From: Eledone cirrhosa
Taxonomy: Eukaryota
Direction: 5' to 3'
NCBI GenBank assembly: GCA_964016885.1
Contig: OZ024744.1
Coordinates: forward strand, 110,856,001 to 110,920,000
Length of the DNA stretch: 64,000 nucleotides
Numbering within the stretch: position 1 is the first letter of the stretch; each line of letters starts with the position of its first letter. Below are positions 30,470 to 46,500 of the stretch, in pieces. The notes beneath the pieces were generated by a model. The model ran no database searches, was not told the origin of the DNA, and saw only the letters and a program-made list of their open reading frames with translations. The position numbers and the translations under genes are program-made.

Positions 30470-33400
30470 ACTATAACTTAACTGGCCCTGAACACAGTAA
30501 ACTACAGAATCCACTATAACTTACCTTGCCCAGAACAAAGTAAAACTACGTAATCCACTATACCGTACCTTGCCCTGAACACAGTAAAACTACACAATCC
30601 ACTATAACTTACTTTGCCCTGAACACAGTAAAACTACACAAACAACTATAAATTACCTTGCTCTTAACACAGTAAAACTACACAATCCACTATAACTTAC
30701 CTTGCCCTGAACACATTAAAACTACACAATCCACTATAACATACCTTGCCCTGAACCCAGTAAAACTACACAATCCACTATAAATTACCTTACCCTGAAC
30801 ACAGTAAAACTACACAATCCACTATAACTTACCTTGCCCTGAACACAGTAAAACTACACAATACACTATACCTAATCTTGCCCTGAACACATTAATACTA
30901 CACAATCCACTATAACTTACCTCGCTCTGAACACAGTAAAACTACACAATCCACCATACCTTACCTTGCCCTGAACACAGTAAAACTACACAATCCACTA
31001 TAACTTAACTGGCCCTGAACACAGTAAACTACAGAATCCACTATAACTTACCTTGCCCAGAACAAATTAAAACTACGTAATCCATTATACCTTACCTTGC
31101 CCTGAACACAATAAAACTAAACAATCCACTATAGCATACATTGCTCTGAACACAGTAAAACTACACAATCCACTATAGCTTACCTTGCCCTGAACACAGT
31201 AAAACTACGTAATCCACTATAACTTACCTTGCCCTGAACACAGTAAAACTACACAATCCACTATAACCTACCATTGCCCTGAACACAGTAAACTACAGAA
31301 TCCTCTATAACTTACCTTGGCCAGAACAAAGTAAAACTATGTAATCCACTATAACTTACCTTGCCCTGAACACAGTAAAACTACACAATCCACTATAGCT
31401 TACCTTGCCCTGAAAACAGTAAAACTACACAATCCACTATACCTTACCTTGCCCTTAACACAGTAAAACTACACAATCCACTATAGCTTACGTTGCTCTG
31501 AACACAGTAAAACTACACCATCCACTATAGCTTAGCTTGCCCTGAAAACAGTAGAACTACACAATCCACTATAAGTTACCTTGCCCTGAACACAGTAAAA
31601 CTACACGATCCACTATAACTTACCTTGCACTGAACACAGTAAAACTACACAATCCACTATAAATTACCTTGCCCTGAACACAGTAAAACTACACAATCCA
31701 CTATAACTTAACTGGCCCTGAACACAGTAAACTACAGAATCCACTATAACTTACCTTGCCCAGAAAAAAGTAAGACTACGTAATCCACTATACCTTACCT
31801 TGCCCTGAAGACAGTAAAGCTACACAATCCACTATAACTTACCTTGCTCTGAACACAGTAAAACTACACAATCCACTATAGCTTACATTGTTCTGAACAC
31901 AGTAAAACTACACGATCTACTATAGCTTACCTTGCCCTGAACACAGTAAACTACAGAATCCACTATAACTTACCTTGCCCAGAACAAAGTAAAACTACGT
32001 AATCCACTATACCTTACCTTGCCCTGATGACAGTAAAGCTACACAATCCACTATAACTTACCTTGCCCCGATCACAGTAAATCTACACAATCCACTATAA
32101 CTTAACGGGCCCTGAACACAGTAAAACCATACAATCCACTATAACTTAACTGGCCCTGAACACACTAAACTACAGAATCCAATATAACTTACCTTGCTCT
32201 GAACACAGGAAAACTACACAATCCACTATAAATTACCTAGCTCTGAACACAGTAAAACTACACAATCCACTATAACTTACCTTGCTCTGAACACAGTAAA
32301 ACTACATAATCCACTATAACTTACCTTGCCCTGAACACAGTAAAACTACACAATCCACTATAAGTTATCTTTCTCTGCACACGGTAAAACTACACAATCC
32401 ACTATAACTTAACTGGCCCTGAACACAGTAAAACTACACAATCCACTATAAGTTACCTTGCTCTGAACACAGTAAAACTACACAATCCACTATAACTTAC
32501 ATTGCCCTGAACACAGGAAAACTACACAATTTACTATAACTTAACTGGCTCTGAACACAGTAAAACTACACAATCCAATATAACTTAACTGGCCCTGAAC
32601 ACAGTAAAACTACACAATCCACTATAACTTACTTTGCCCTGAACACAGTAAAACTACACAAACAACTATAACTTACCTTGCTCTAAACACAGTAAAACTA
32701 CACAATCCACTATAACTTACCTTGCCCTGAACACATTAAAACTACACAATCCACTATAACTTACCTTGCCCTGAACACAGTAAAACTACACAATCCACTA
32801 TAAGTTACCTTGCTCTGAACACAGTAAAACTACACAATCCACTATAACTTAACTGGCCCTGAACACAGTAAAACTACACGATCCACTATAGCGTACCTTG
32901 CCCTGAAAACAGTAAAACTACACGATCCACTATAAATTACCTTGCCCTGAACACAGTAAATCTACACAATCCACTATAACTTACCTTGCCCTGAACACAG
33001 TAAAACTACACAATCCACTATAAATTACCTTGCTCTAAACACAGTAAAGCTAGACAATCCACTATAACTGAACTGGCCCTGAACACAGTAAAACTACACA
33101 ATCCACTATAACTTAACTGGCCCTGAACACAGTAAAACTACACAATTCACTATAACTGAAGTGGCCCTGAACACAGTAAAACTACTTAATTCACTATAAC
33201 TTACCTTGCCCTGAACACAGTAAAACTACACAATGCACTATACCTAACCTTGCCCTGAACACAGTAAAACTACACAATCCACTATAACTTAACTGGCCCT
33301 GAACACAGTAAACTACAGAATCCACTATAACTTACCTTGCCCAGAACAAATTAAAACTATGTAATCCACTATACCTTACCTTGCCCTGAACACAGTAAAA

Positions 33401-36400
33401 CTACACAATCCACTATAGCTTACATTGCTCTGAACACAGTAGAACTACACAATCCACTATAGCTTACCTTGCCCTGAACACAGTAAAACTACACAATCAC
33501 TATAACTTTTTTTGCCCTGAACACAGTAAAACTACACAAACCACTATAACTTACCTTGCCCTGAACACAGTAAAACTACACAATCCACTATAACTTACCT
33601 TGCCCTGAACACAGTAAAACTACACAATCCACTATAACTTACCTTGCCCTGAACCCAGTAAAACTACACAAACCACTATAAATTACCTTGCCCTGAACAC
33701 AGTAAATCTACACAATCCACTATAACTTACCTTGCCCTGAACACAGTAAAACTACACGATCCACTATAACTTACCTTGCTCTAAACACAGTAAAACTACA
33801 CAATCCACTATAAATTACCTTGCCCTGATCACAGTAAAACTACACAATCACTATAACTTTTTTTGCCCTGAACACAGTAAAACTACACAAACCACTATAA
33901 CTTACCTTGCCCTGAACACAGTAAAACTACACAATCCACTATAACTTACCTTGCCCTGAACACAGTAAAACTACACAAACCACTATAAATTACCTTGCCC
34001 TGAACACAGTAAAACTACACAATCCACTATAACTTACCTTGCCCTGAACACAGTAAAACTACACAAACCACTATAAATTACCTTGCTCTAAACACAGTAA
34101 AGCTAGACAATCCACTATAACTGAACTGGCCCTGAACACAGTAAAACTACACAATCCACTATAACTTAACTGGCCCTGAACACAGTAAAACTACACAATT
34201 CACTATAACTGAAGTGGCCCTGAACACAGTAAAACTACTTAATTCACTATAACTTACCTTGCCCTGAACACAGTAAAACTACACAATGCACTATACCTAA
34301 CCTTGCCCTGAACACAGTAAAACTACACAATCCACTATAACTTAACTGGCCCTGAACACAGTAAACTACAGAATCCACTATAACTTACCTTGCCCAGAAC
34401 AAATTAAAACTATGTAATCCACTATACCTTACCTTGCCCTGAACACAGTAAAACTACACAATCCACTATAGCTTACATTGCTCTGAACACAGTAGAACTA
34501 CACAATCCACTATAGCTTACCTTGCCCTGAACACAGTAAAACTACACAATCACTATAACTTTTTTTGCCCTGAACACAGTAAAACTACACAAACCACTAT
34601 AACTTACCTTGCCCTGAACACAGTAAAACTACACAATCCACTATAACTTACCTTGCCCTGAACACAGTAAAACTACACAATCCACTATAACTTACCTTGC
34701 CCTGAACACAGTAAAACTACACAAACCACTATAAATTACCTTGCCCTGAACACAGTAAATCTACACAATCCACTATAACTTACCTTGCCCTGAACACAGT
34801 AAAACTACACGATCCACTATAACTTACCTTGCTCTAAACACAGTAAAACTACACAATCCACTATAAATTACCTTGCCCTGATCACAGTAAAACTACACAA
34901 TCACTATAACTTTTTTTGCCCTGAACACAGTAAAACTACACAAACGACTATAACTTACCTTGCCCTGAACACAGTAAAACTACACAATCCACTATAACTT
35001 ACCTTGCCCTGAACACAGTAAAACTACACAAACCACTATAAATTACCTTGCCCTGAACACAGTAAAACTACACAATCCATTATAACTTAACTGGCCCTGA
35101 ACACAGTAAACTACAGAATCCACTATAACTTACCTTGCCCAGAACAAAGTAAAACTACGTAATCCACTATACCGTACCTTGCCCTGAACACAGTAAAACT
35201 ACACAATCCACTATAACTTACTTTGCCCTGAACACAGTAAAACTACACAAACAACTATAAATTACCTTGCTCTTAACACAGTAAAACTACACAATCCACT
35301 ATAACTTACCTTGCCCTGAACACATTAAAACTACACAATCCACTATAACATACCTTGCCCTGAACCCAGTAAAACTACACAATCCACTATAAATTACCTT
35401 ACCCTGAACACAGTAAAACTACACAATCCACTATAACTTACCTTGCCCTGAACACAGTAAAACTACACAATACACTATACCTAATCTTGCCCTGAACACA
35501 TTAATACTACACAATCCACTATAACTTACCTCGCTCTGAACACAGTAAAACTACACAATCCACCATACCTTACCTTGCCCTGAACACAGTAAAACTACAC
35601 AATCCACTATAACTTAACTGGCCCTGAACACAGTAAACTACAGAATCCACTATAACTAACCTTGCCCAGAACAAATTAAAACTACGTAATCCATTATACC
35701 TTACCTTGCCCTGAACACAATAAAACTAAACAATCCACTATAGCATACATTGCTCTGAACACAGTAAAACTACACAATCCACTATAGCTTACCTTGCCCT
35801 GAACACAGTAAAACTACGTAATCCACTATAACTTACCTTGCCCTGAACACAGTAAAACTACACAATCCACTATAACCTACCATTGCCCTGAACACAGTAA
35901 ACTACAGAATCCTCTATAACTTACCTTGGCCAGAACAAAGTAAAACTATGTAATCCACTATAACTTACCTTGCCCTGAACACAGTAAAACTACACAATCC
36001 ACTATAGCTTACCTTGCCCTGAAAACAGTAAAACTACACAATCCACTATACCTTACCTTGCCCTTAACACAGTAAAACTACACAATCCACTATAGCTTAC
36101 GTTGCTCTGAACACAGTAAAACTACACCATCCACTATAGCTTAGCTTGCCCTGAAAACAGTAGAACTACACAATCCACTATAAGTTACCTTGCCCTGAAC
36201 ACAGTAAAACTACACGATCCACTATAACTTACCTTGCACTGAACACAGTAAAACTACACAATCCACTATAAATTACCTTGCCCTGAACACAGTAAAACTA
36301 CACAATCCACTATAACTTAACTGGCCCTGAACACAGTAAACTACAGAATCCACTATAACTTACCTTGCCCAGAAAAAAGTAAGACTACGTAATCCACTAT

Positions 36401-37540
36401 ACCTTACCTTGCCCTGAAGACAGTAAAGCTACACAATCCACTATAACTTACCTTGCTCTGAACACAGTAAAACTACACAATCCACTATAGCTTACATTGT
36501 TCTGAACACAGTAAAACTACACGATCTACTATAGCTTACCTTGCCCTGAACACAGTAAACTACAGAATCCACTATAACTTACCTTGCCCAGAACAAAGTA
36601 AAACTACGTAATCCACTATACCTTACCTTGCCCTGATGACAGTAAAGCTACACAATCCACTATAACTTACCTTGCCCCGATCACAGTAAATCTACACAAT
36701 CCACTATAACTTAACGGGCCCTGAACACAGTAAAACCATACAATCCACTATAACTTAACTGGCCCTGAACACACTAAACTACAGAATCCAATATAACTTA
36801 CCTTGCTCTGAACACAGGAAAACTACACAATCCACTATAAATTACCTAGCTCTGAACACAGTAAAACTACACAATCCACTATAACTTACCTTGCTCTGAA
36901 CACAGTAAAACTACATAATCCACTATAACTTACCTTGCCCTGAACACAGTAAAACTACACAATCCACTATAAGTTATCTTTCTCTGCACACGGTAAAACT
37001 ACACAATCCACTATAACTTAACTGGCCCTGAACACAGTAAAACTACACAATCCACTATAAGTTACCTTGCTCTGAACACAGTAAAACTACACAATCCACT
37101 ATAACTTACATTGCCCTGAACACAGGAAAACTACACAATTTACTATAACTTAACTGGCTCTGAACACAGTAAAACTACACAATCCAATATAACTTAACTG
37201 GCCCTGAACACAGTAAAACTACACAATCCACTATAACTTACTTTGCCCTGAACACAGTAAAACTACACAAACAACTATAACTTACCTTGCTCTAAACACA
37301 GTAAAACTACACAATCCACTATAACTTACCTTGCCCTGAACACATTAAAACTACACAATCCACTATAACTTACCTTGCCCTGAACACAGTAAAACTACAC
37401 AATCCACTATAAGTTACCTTGCTCTGAACACAGTAAAACTACACAATCCACTATAACTTAACTGGCCCTGAACACAGTAAAACTACACGATCCACTATAG
37501 CGTACCTTGCCCTGAAAACAGTAAAACTACACGATCCACT
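30470..37540. repeat. Block duplication with 4609-bp offset (~30470-32930 and ~35080-37540)
   Basis: CTCGCTCTGA 30921/35530, CCCTGATGAC 32022/36631 and GTTATCTTTCTCTGCACACGG 32364/36973 all share offset 4609. Confidence 0.88.
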
Positions 37541-40500
37541 ATAACTTACCTTGCTCTAAACACAGTAAAACTACACAATCCACTATAAATTACCTTGCCC
37601 TGATCACAGTAAAACTACATAATCACTATAACTTTTTTTGCCCTGAACACAGTAAAACTACACAAACCACTATAACTTACCTTGCCCTGAAAACAGTAAA
37701 ACTACACAATCCACTATAACTTACCTTGCCCTGAACACAGTAAAACTACACAAACCACTATAAATTACCTTGCCCTGAACACAGTAAAACTACACAATCC
37801 ACTATAACTTACCTTGCCCTGAACACAGTAAAACTACACAAACCACTATAAATTACCTTGCCCTGAACACAGTAAATCTACACAATCCACTATAACTTAC
37901 CTTGCCCTGAACACAGTAAAACTACACAATCCACTATAAATTACCTTGCTCTAAACACAGTAAAGCTAGACAATCCACTATAACTGAACTGGCCCTGAAC
38001 ACAGTAAAACTACACAATCCACTATAACTTAACTGGCCCTGAACACAGTAAAACTACACAATTCACTATAACTGAAGTGGCCCTGAACACAGTAAAACTA
38101 CTTAATTCACTATAACTTACCTTGCCCTGAACACAGTAAAACTACACAATGCACTATACCTAACCTTGCCCTGAACACAGTAAAACTACACAATCCACTA
38201 TAACTTAACTGGCCCTGAACACAGTAAACTACAGAATCCACTATAACTTACCTTGCCCAGAACAAATTAAAACTATGTAATCCACTATACCTTACCTTGC
38301 CCTGAACACAGTAAAACTACACAATCCACTATAGCTTACATTGCTCTGAACACAGTAGAACTACACAATCCACTATAGCTTACCTTGCCCTGAACACAGT
38401 AAAACTACACAATCACTATAACTTTTTTTGCCCTGAACACAGTAAAACTACACAAACCACTATAACTTACCTTGCCCTGAACACAGTAAAACTACACAAT
38501 CCACTATAACTTACCTTGCCCTGAACACAGTAAAACTACACAATCCACTATAACTTACCTTGCCCTGAACCCAGTAAAACTACACAAACCACTATAAATT
38601 ACCTTGCCCTGAACACAGTAAATCTACACAATCCACTATAACTTACCTTGCCCTGAACACAGTAAAACTACACGATCCACTATAACTTACCTTGCTCTAA
38701 ACACAGTAAAACTACACAATCCACTATAAATTACCTTGCCCTGATCACAGTAAAACTACACAATCACTATAACTTTTTTTGCCCTGAACACAGTAAAACT
38801 ACACAAACCACTATAACTTACCTTGCCCTGAACACAGTAAAACTACACAATCCACTATAACTTACCTTGCCCTGAACACAGTAAAACTACACAAACCACT
38901 ATAAATTACCTTGCCCTGAACACAGTAAAACTACACAATCCACTATAACTTACCTTGCCCTGAACACAGTAAAACTACACAAACCACTATAAATTACCTT
39001 GCTCTAAACACAGTAAAGCTAGACAATCCACTATAACTGAACTGGCCCTGAACACAGTAAAACTACACAATCCACTATAACTTAACTGGCCCTGAACACA
39101 GTAAAACTAAACAATTCACTATAACTGAAGTGGCCCTGAACACAGTAAAACTACTTAATTCACTATAACTTACCTTGCCCTGAACACAGTAAAACTACAC
39201 AATGCACTATACCTAACCTTGCCCTGAACACAGTAAAACTACACAATCCACTATAACTTAACTGGCCCTGAACACAGTAAACTACAGAATCCACTATAAC
39301 TTACCTTGCCCAGAACAAATTAAAACTATGTAATCCACTATACCTTACCTTGCCCTGAACACAGTAAAACTACACAATCCACTATAGCTTACATTGCTCT
39401 GAACACAGTAGAACTACACAATCCACTATAGCTTACCTTGCCCTGAACACAGTAAAACTACACAACCCACTATAACTTACGTTGCCCTAAACACAGTAAA
39501 CTACAGAATCCACTATAACTTACCTTGCCCTGAACAAAGTAAAACTACGTAATCCACTATAACTTACCTTGCCCTGAAAACAGTAAAACTACACAATCCA
39601 CTATAAATTACCTTGCCCTGATCACACTAAATCTACACAATCACTATAACTTTTTTTGCCCTGAACACAGTAAAACTACACAAACCACTATAAATTACCT
39701 TGCTCTAAACACAGTAAAGCTAGACAATCCACTATAACTTACCTTGCCCTGAACACTGTAAAACTACACAATCCACTATAACTTAACTGGCCCTGAACAC
39801 AGTAAAACTACACAATCCACTATAATTTAACTGGCCCTGAACACACTAAACTACACAATCCATTATAACTTACCTTGCTCTGAACACAGGAAAACTACAC
39901 AATCCACTATAACTTAACTGGGCCTGAACACACTAAAACAACACAATCCACTATAAGTTACCTTGCTCTGAACACAGTAAAACTACACAATCCACTATAA
40001 CTTAACTGGCCCTGAACACAGTAAAACTACACAATTCACTATAAGCTACCTTGCACTGAACACAGTAAAACTACTTAATTCACTATAACTTACCTTGCCC
40101 TGAACACAGTAAAACTACACAATTCACTATAAGTTATCTTTCTCTGCACACGGTAAAACTACACAATCCACTATAACTTAACTGGCCCTGAACACAGTAA
40201 AACTACACAATCCACTATAAGTTACCCTGCTCTGAACACAGTAAAACTACACAATCCACTATAACTTACATTGCCCTGAACACAGGAAAACTACACAATT
40301 TACTATAACTTAACTGGCTCTGAACACAGTAAAACTACACAATCCAATATAACTTAACTGGCCCTGAACACAGTAAAACTACACAATCCACTATAACTTA
40401 CTTTGCCCTGAATACAGTAAAACTACACAAACAACTATAACTTACCTTGCTCTAAACACAGTAAAACTACACAATCCACTATAACTTACCTTGCCCTGAA

Positions 40501-43500
40501 CACATTAAAACTACACAATCCACTATAACTTACCTTGCCCTGAACACAGTAAAACTACACAATCCACTATAAGTTACCTTGCTCTGAACACAGTAAAACT
40601 ACACAATCCACTATAACTTAACTGGCCCTGAACACAGTAAAACTACACGATCCACTATAGCGTACCTTGCCCTGAAAACAGTAAAACTACACGATCCACT
40701 ATAACTTACCTTGCTCTAAACACAGTAAAGCTACACAATCCACTATAAATTACCTTGCCCTGATCACAATAAAACTACACAATCACTATAACTTTTTTTG
40801 CCCTGAACACAGTAAAACTACACAAACCACTATAACTTACCTTGCCCTGAACACAGTAAAACTACACAATCCACTATAACTTACCTTGCCCTGAACACAG
40901 TAAAACTACACAAACCACTATAAATTACCTTGCCCTGAACACAGTAAAACTACACAATCCACTATAACTTACCTTGCCCTGAACACAGTAAAACTACACA
41001 AACCACTATAAATTACCTTGCCCTGAACACAGTAAATCTACACAATCCACTATAACTTACCTTGCCCTGAACACAGTAAAACTACACAATCCACTATAAA
41101 TTACCTTGCTCTAAACACAGTAAAGCTAGACAATCCACTATAACTGAACTGGCCCTGAACACAGTAAAACTACACAATCCACTATAACTTAACTGGCCCT
41201 GAACACAGTAAAACTACACAATTCACTATAACTGAAGTGGCCCCCTGAACACAGTAAAACTACTTAATTCACTATAACTTACCTTGCCCTGAACACAGTT
41301 AAACTACACAATGCACTATACCTAACCTTGCCCTGAACACAGTAAAACTACACAATCCACTATAACTTAACTGGCCCTGAACACAGTAAACTACAGAATC
41401 CACTATAACTTACCTTGCCCAGAACAAATTAAAACTATGTAATCCACTATACCTTACCTTGCCCTGAACACAGTAAAACTACACAATCCACTATAGCTTA
41501 CATTGCTCTGAACACAGTAGAACTACACAATCCACTATAGCTTACCTTGCCCTGAACACAGTAAAACTACACAATCCACTATAACTTACGTTGCCCTGAA
41601 CACAGTAAACTACAGAATCCACTATAACTTACCTTGCCCTGAAAACAGTAAAACTACACAATCCACTATAAATTACCTTGCCCTGATCACACTAAATCTA
41701 CACAATCACTATAACTTTTTTTGCCCTGAACACAGTAAAACTACACAAACCACTATAAATTACCTTGCTCTAAACACAGTAAAGCTAGACAATCCACTAT
41801 AACTTACCTTGCCCTGAACACTGTAAAACTACACAATCCACTATAACTTAACTGGCCCTGAACACAGTAAAACTACACAATCCACTATAACTTAACTGGC
41901 CCTGAACACACTAAACTACACAATCCATTATAACTTACCTTGCTCTGAACACAGGAAAACTACACAATCCACTATAACTTAACTGGGCCTGAACACACTA
42001 AAACAACACAATCCACTATAAGTTACCTTGCTCTGAACACAGTAAAACTACACAATCCACTATAACTTAACTGGCCCTGAACACAGTAAAACTATACAAT
42101 TCACTATAAGCTACCTTGCACTGAACACAGTAAAACTACTTAATTCACTATAACTTACCTTGCCCTGAACACAGTAAAACTACACAATCCACTACACCTT
42201 ACCTTGCCCTGAACACAGTAAAACTACACAATCCACTATAACTTACCTTGCTCTGAACACAGTGAAACTACACAATCCACTATAACTTACCTTGCCCTCA
42301 ACACAGTAAAACTACACAATCCACTTTAACTTACCTTGCCCTGAACACTGTAAAACTACACAATCCACTATAACTTACATTGCCCTGAACACAGTAAAAC
42401 TACACAATCCACTATACCTAACCTTGCCCTGAACACAGTAAAACTACACAATCCACTATAACTTACCTTGCTCTGAACACAGTAAAACTACACAATCCAC
42501 TATACCTTACCTTGCCCTGAACACAGTAAAACTAGACAATCCACTATAACTTAACTGGCCCTGAACACAGTAAACTACAGAATCCACTATAACTTACCTT
42601 GCCCAGAACAAAGTAAAACTACGTAATCCACTATACCGTACCTTGCCCTGAACACAGTAAAACTACACAATCCACTATAACTTACTTTGCCCTGAACACA
42701 GTAAAACTACACAAACAACTATAAATTACCTTGCTCTTAACACAGTAAAACTACACAATCCACTATAACTTACCTTGCCCTGAACACATTAAAACTACAC
42801 AATCCACTATAACATACCTTGCCCTGAACCCAGTAAAACTACACAATCCACTATAAATTACCTTACCCTGAACACAGTAAAACTACACAATCCACTATAA
42901 CTTACCTTGCCCTGAACACAGTAAAACTACACAATACACTATACCTAATCTTGCCCTGAACACATTAATACTACACAATCCACTATAACTTACCTCGCTC
43001 TGAACACAGTAAAACTACACAATCCACCATACCTTACCTTGCCCTGAACACAGTAAAACTACACAATCCACTATAACTTAACTGGCCCTGAACACAGTAA
43101 ACTACAGAATCCACTATAACTTACCTTGCCCAGAACAAATTAAAACTACGTAATCCATTATACCTTACCTTGCCCTGAACACAATAAAACTAAACAATCC
43201 ACTATAGCATACATTGCTCTGAACACAGTAAAACTACACAATCCACTATAGCTTACCTTGCCCTGAACACAGTAAAACTACGTAATCCACTATAACTTAC
43301 CTTGCCCTGAACACAGTAAAACTACACAATCTACTATAACCTACCATTGCCCTGAACACAGTAAACTACAGAATCCTCTATAACTTACCTTGGCCAGAAC
43401 AAAGTAAAACTATGTAATCCACTATAACTTACCTTGCCCTGAACACAGTAAAACTACACAATCCACTATAGCTTACCTTGCCCTGAAAACAGTAAAACTA

Positions 43501-46500
43501 CACAATCCACTATACCTTACCTTGCCCTTAACACAGTAAAACTACACAATCCACTATAGCTTACGTTGCTCTGAACACAGTAAAACTACACCATCCACTA
43601 TAGCTTAGCTTGCCCTGAAAACAGTAGAACTACACAATCCACTATAAGTTACCTTGCCCTGAACACAGTAAAACTACACGATCCACTATAACTTACCTTG
43701 CACTGAACACAGTAAAACTACACAATCCACTATAAATTACCTTGCCCTGAACACAGTAAAACTACACAATCCACTATAACTTAACTGGCCCTGAACACAG
43801 TAAACTACAGAATCCACTATAACTTACCTTGCCCAGAAAAAAGTAAGACTACGTAATCCACTATACCTTACCTTGCCCTGAAGACAGTAAAGCTACACAA
43901 TCCACTATAACTTACCTTGCTCTGAACACAGTAAAACTACACAATCCACTATAGCTTACATTGTTCTGAACACAGTAAAACTACACGATCTACTATAGCT
44001 TACCTTGCCCTGAACACAGTAAACTACAGAATCCACTATAACTTACCTTGCCCAGAACAAAGTAAAACTACGTAATCCACTATACCTTACCTTGCCCTGA
44101 TGACAGTAAAGCTACACAATCCACTATAACTTACCTTGCCCCGATCACAGTAAATCTACACAATCCACTATAACTTAACGGGCCCTGAACACAGTAAAAC
44201 CATACAATCCACTATAACTTAACTGGCCCTGAACACACTAAACTACAGAATCCAATATAACTTACCTTGCTCTGAACACAGGAAAACTACACAATCCACT
44301 ATAAATTACCTAGCTCTGAACACAGTAAAACTACACAATCCACTATAACTTACCTTGCTCTGAACACAGTAAAACTACATAATCCACTATAACTTACCTT
44401 GCCCTGAACACAGTAAAACTACACAATCCACTATAAGTTATCTTTCTCTGCACACGGTAAAACTACACAATCCACTATAACTTAACTGGCCCTGAACACA
44501 GTAAAACTACACAATCCACTATAAGTTACCTTGCTCTGAACACAGTAAAACTACACAATCCACTATAACTTACATTGCCCTGAACACAGGAAAACTACAC
44601 AATTTACTATAACTTAACTGGCTCTGAACACAGTAAAACTACACAATCCAATATAACTTAAATGGCCCTGAACACAGTAAAACTACACAATCCACTATAA
44701 CTTACTTTGCCCTGAACACAGTAAAACTACACAAACAACTATAACTTACCTTGCTCTAAACACAGTAAAACTACACAATCCACTATAACTTACCTTGCCC
44801 TGAACACATTACAACTACACAATCCACTATAACTTACCTTGCCCTGAACACAGTAAAACTACACAATCCACTATAAGTTACCTTGCTCTGAACACAGTAA
44901 AACTACACAATCCACTATAACTTAACTGGCCCTGAACACAGTAAAACTACACGATCCACTATAGCGTACCTTGCCCTGAAAACAGTAAAACTACACGATC
45001 CACTATAACTTACCTTGCTCTAAACACAGTAAAACTACACAATCCACTATAAATTACCTTGCCCTGATCACAGTAAAACTACATAATCACTATAACTTTT
45101 TTTGCCCTGAACACAGTAAAACTACACAAACCACTATAACTTACCTTGCCCTGAAAACAGTAAAACTACACAATCCACTATAACTTACCTTGCCCTGAAC
45201 ACAGTAAAACTACACAAACCACTATAAATTACCTTGCCCTGAACACAGTAAAACTACACAATTCACTATAACTGAAGTGGCCCTGAACACAGTAAAACTA
45301 CTTAATTCACTATAACTTACCTTGCCCTGAACACAGTAAAACTACACAATGCACTATACCTAACCTTGCCCTGAACACAGTAAAACTACACAATCCACTA
45401 TAACTTAACTGGCCCTGAACACAGTAAACTACAGAATCCACTATAACTTACCTTGCCCAGAACAAATTAAAACTATGTAATCCACTATACCTTACCTTGC
45501 CCTGAACACAGTAAAACTACACAATCCACTATAGCTTACATTGCTCTGAACACAGTAGAACTACACAATCCACTATAGCTTACCTTGCCCTGAACACAGT
45601 AAAACTACACAATCACTATAACTTTTTTTGCCCTGAACACAGTAAAACTACACAAACCACTATAACTTACCTTGCCCTGAACACAGTAAAACTACACAAT
45701 CCACTATAACTTACCTTGCCCTGAACACAGTAAAACTACACAATCCACTATAACTTACCTTGCCCTGAACCCAGTAAAACTACACAAACCACTATAAATT
45801 ACCTTGCCCTGAACACAGTAAATCTACACAATCCACTATAACTTACCTTGCCCTGAACACAGTAAAACTACACGATCCACTATAACTTACCTTGCTCTAA
45901 ACACAGTAAAACTACACAATCCACTATAAATTACCTTGCCCTGATCACAGTAAAACTACACAATCACTATAACTTTTTTTGCCCTGAACACAGTAAAACT
46001 ACACAAACCACTATAACTTACCTTGCCCTGAACACAGTAAAACTACACAATCCACTATAACTTACCTTGCCCTGAACACAGTAAAACTACACAAACCACT
46101 ATAAATTACCTTGCCCTGAACACAGTAAAACTACACAATCCACTATAACTTACCTTGCCCTGAACACAGTAAAACTACACAAACCACTATAAATTACCTT
46201 GCTCTAAACACAGTAAAGCTAGACAATCCACTATAACTGAACTGGCCCTGAACACAGTAAAACTACACAATCCACTATAACTTAACTGGCCCTGAACACA
46301 GTAAAACTACACAATTCACTATAACTGAAGTGGCCCTGAACACAGTAAAACTACTTAATTCACTATAACTTACCTTGCCCTGAACACAGTAAAACTACAC
46401 AATGCACTATACCTAACCTTGCCCTGAACACAGTAAAACTACACAATCCACTATAACTTAACTGGCCCTGAACACAGTAAACTACAGAATCCACTATAAC

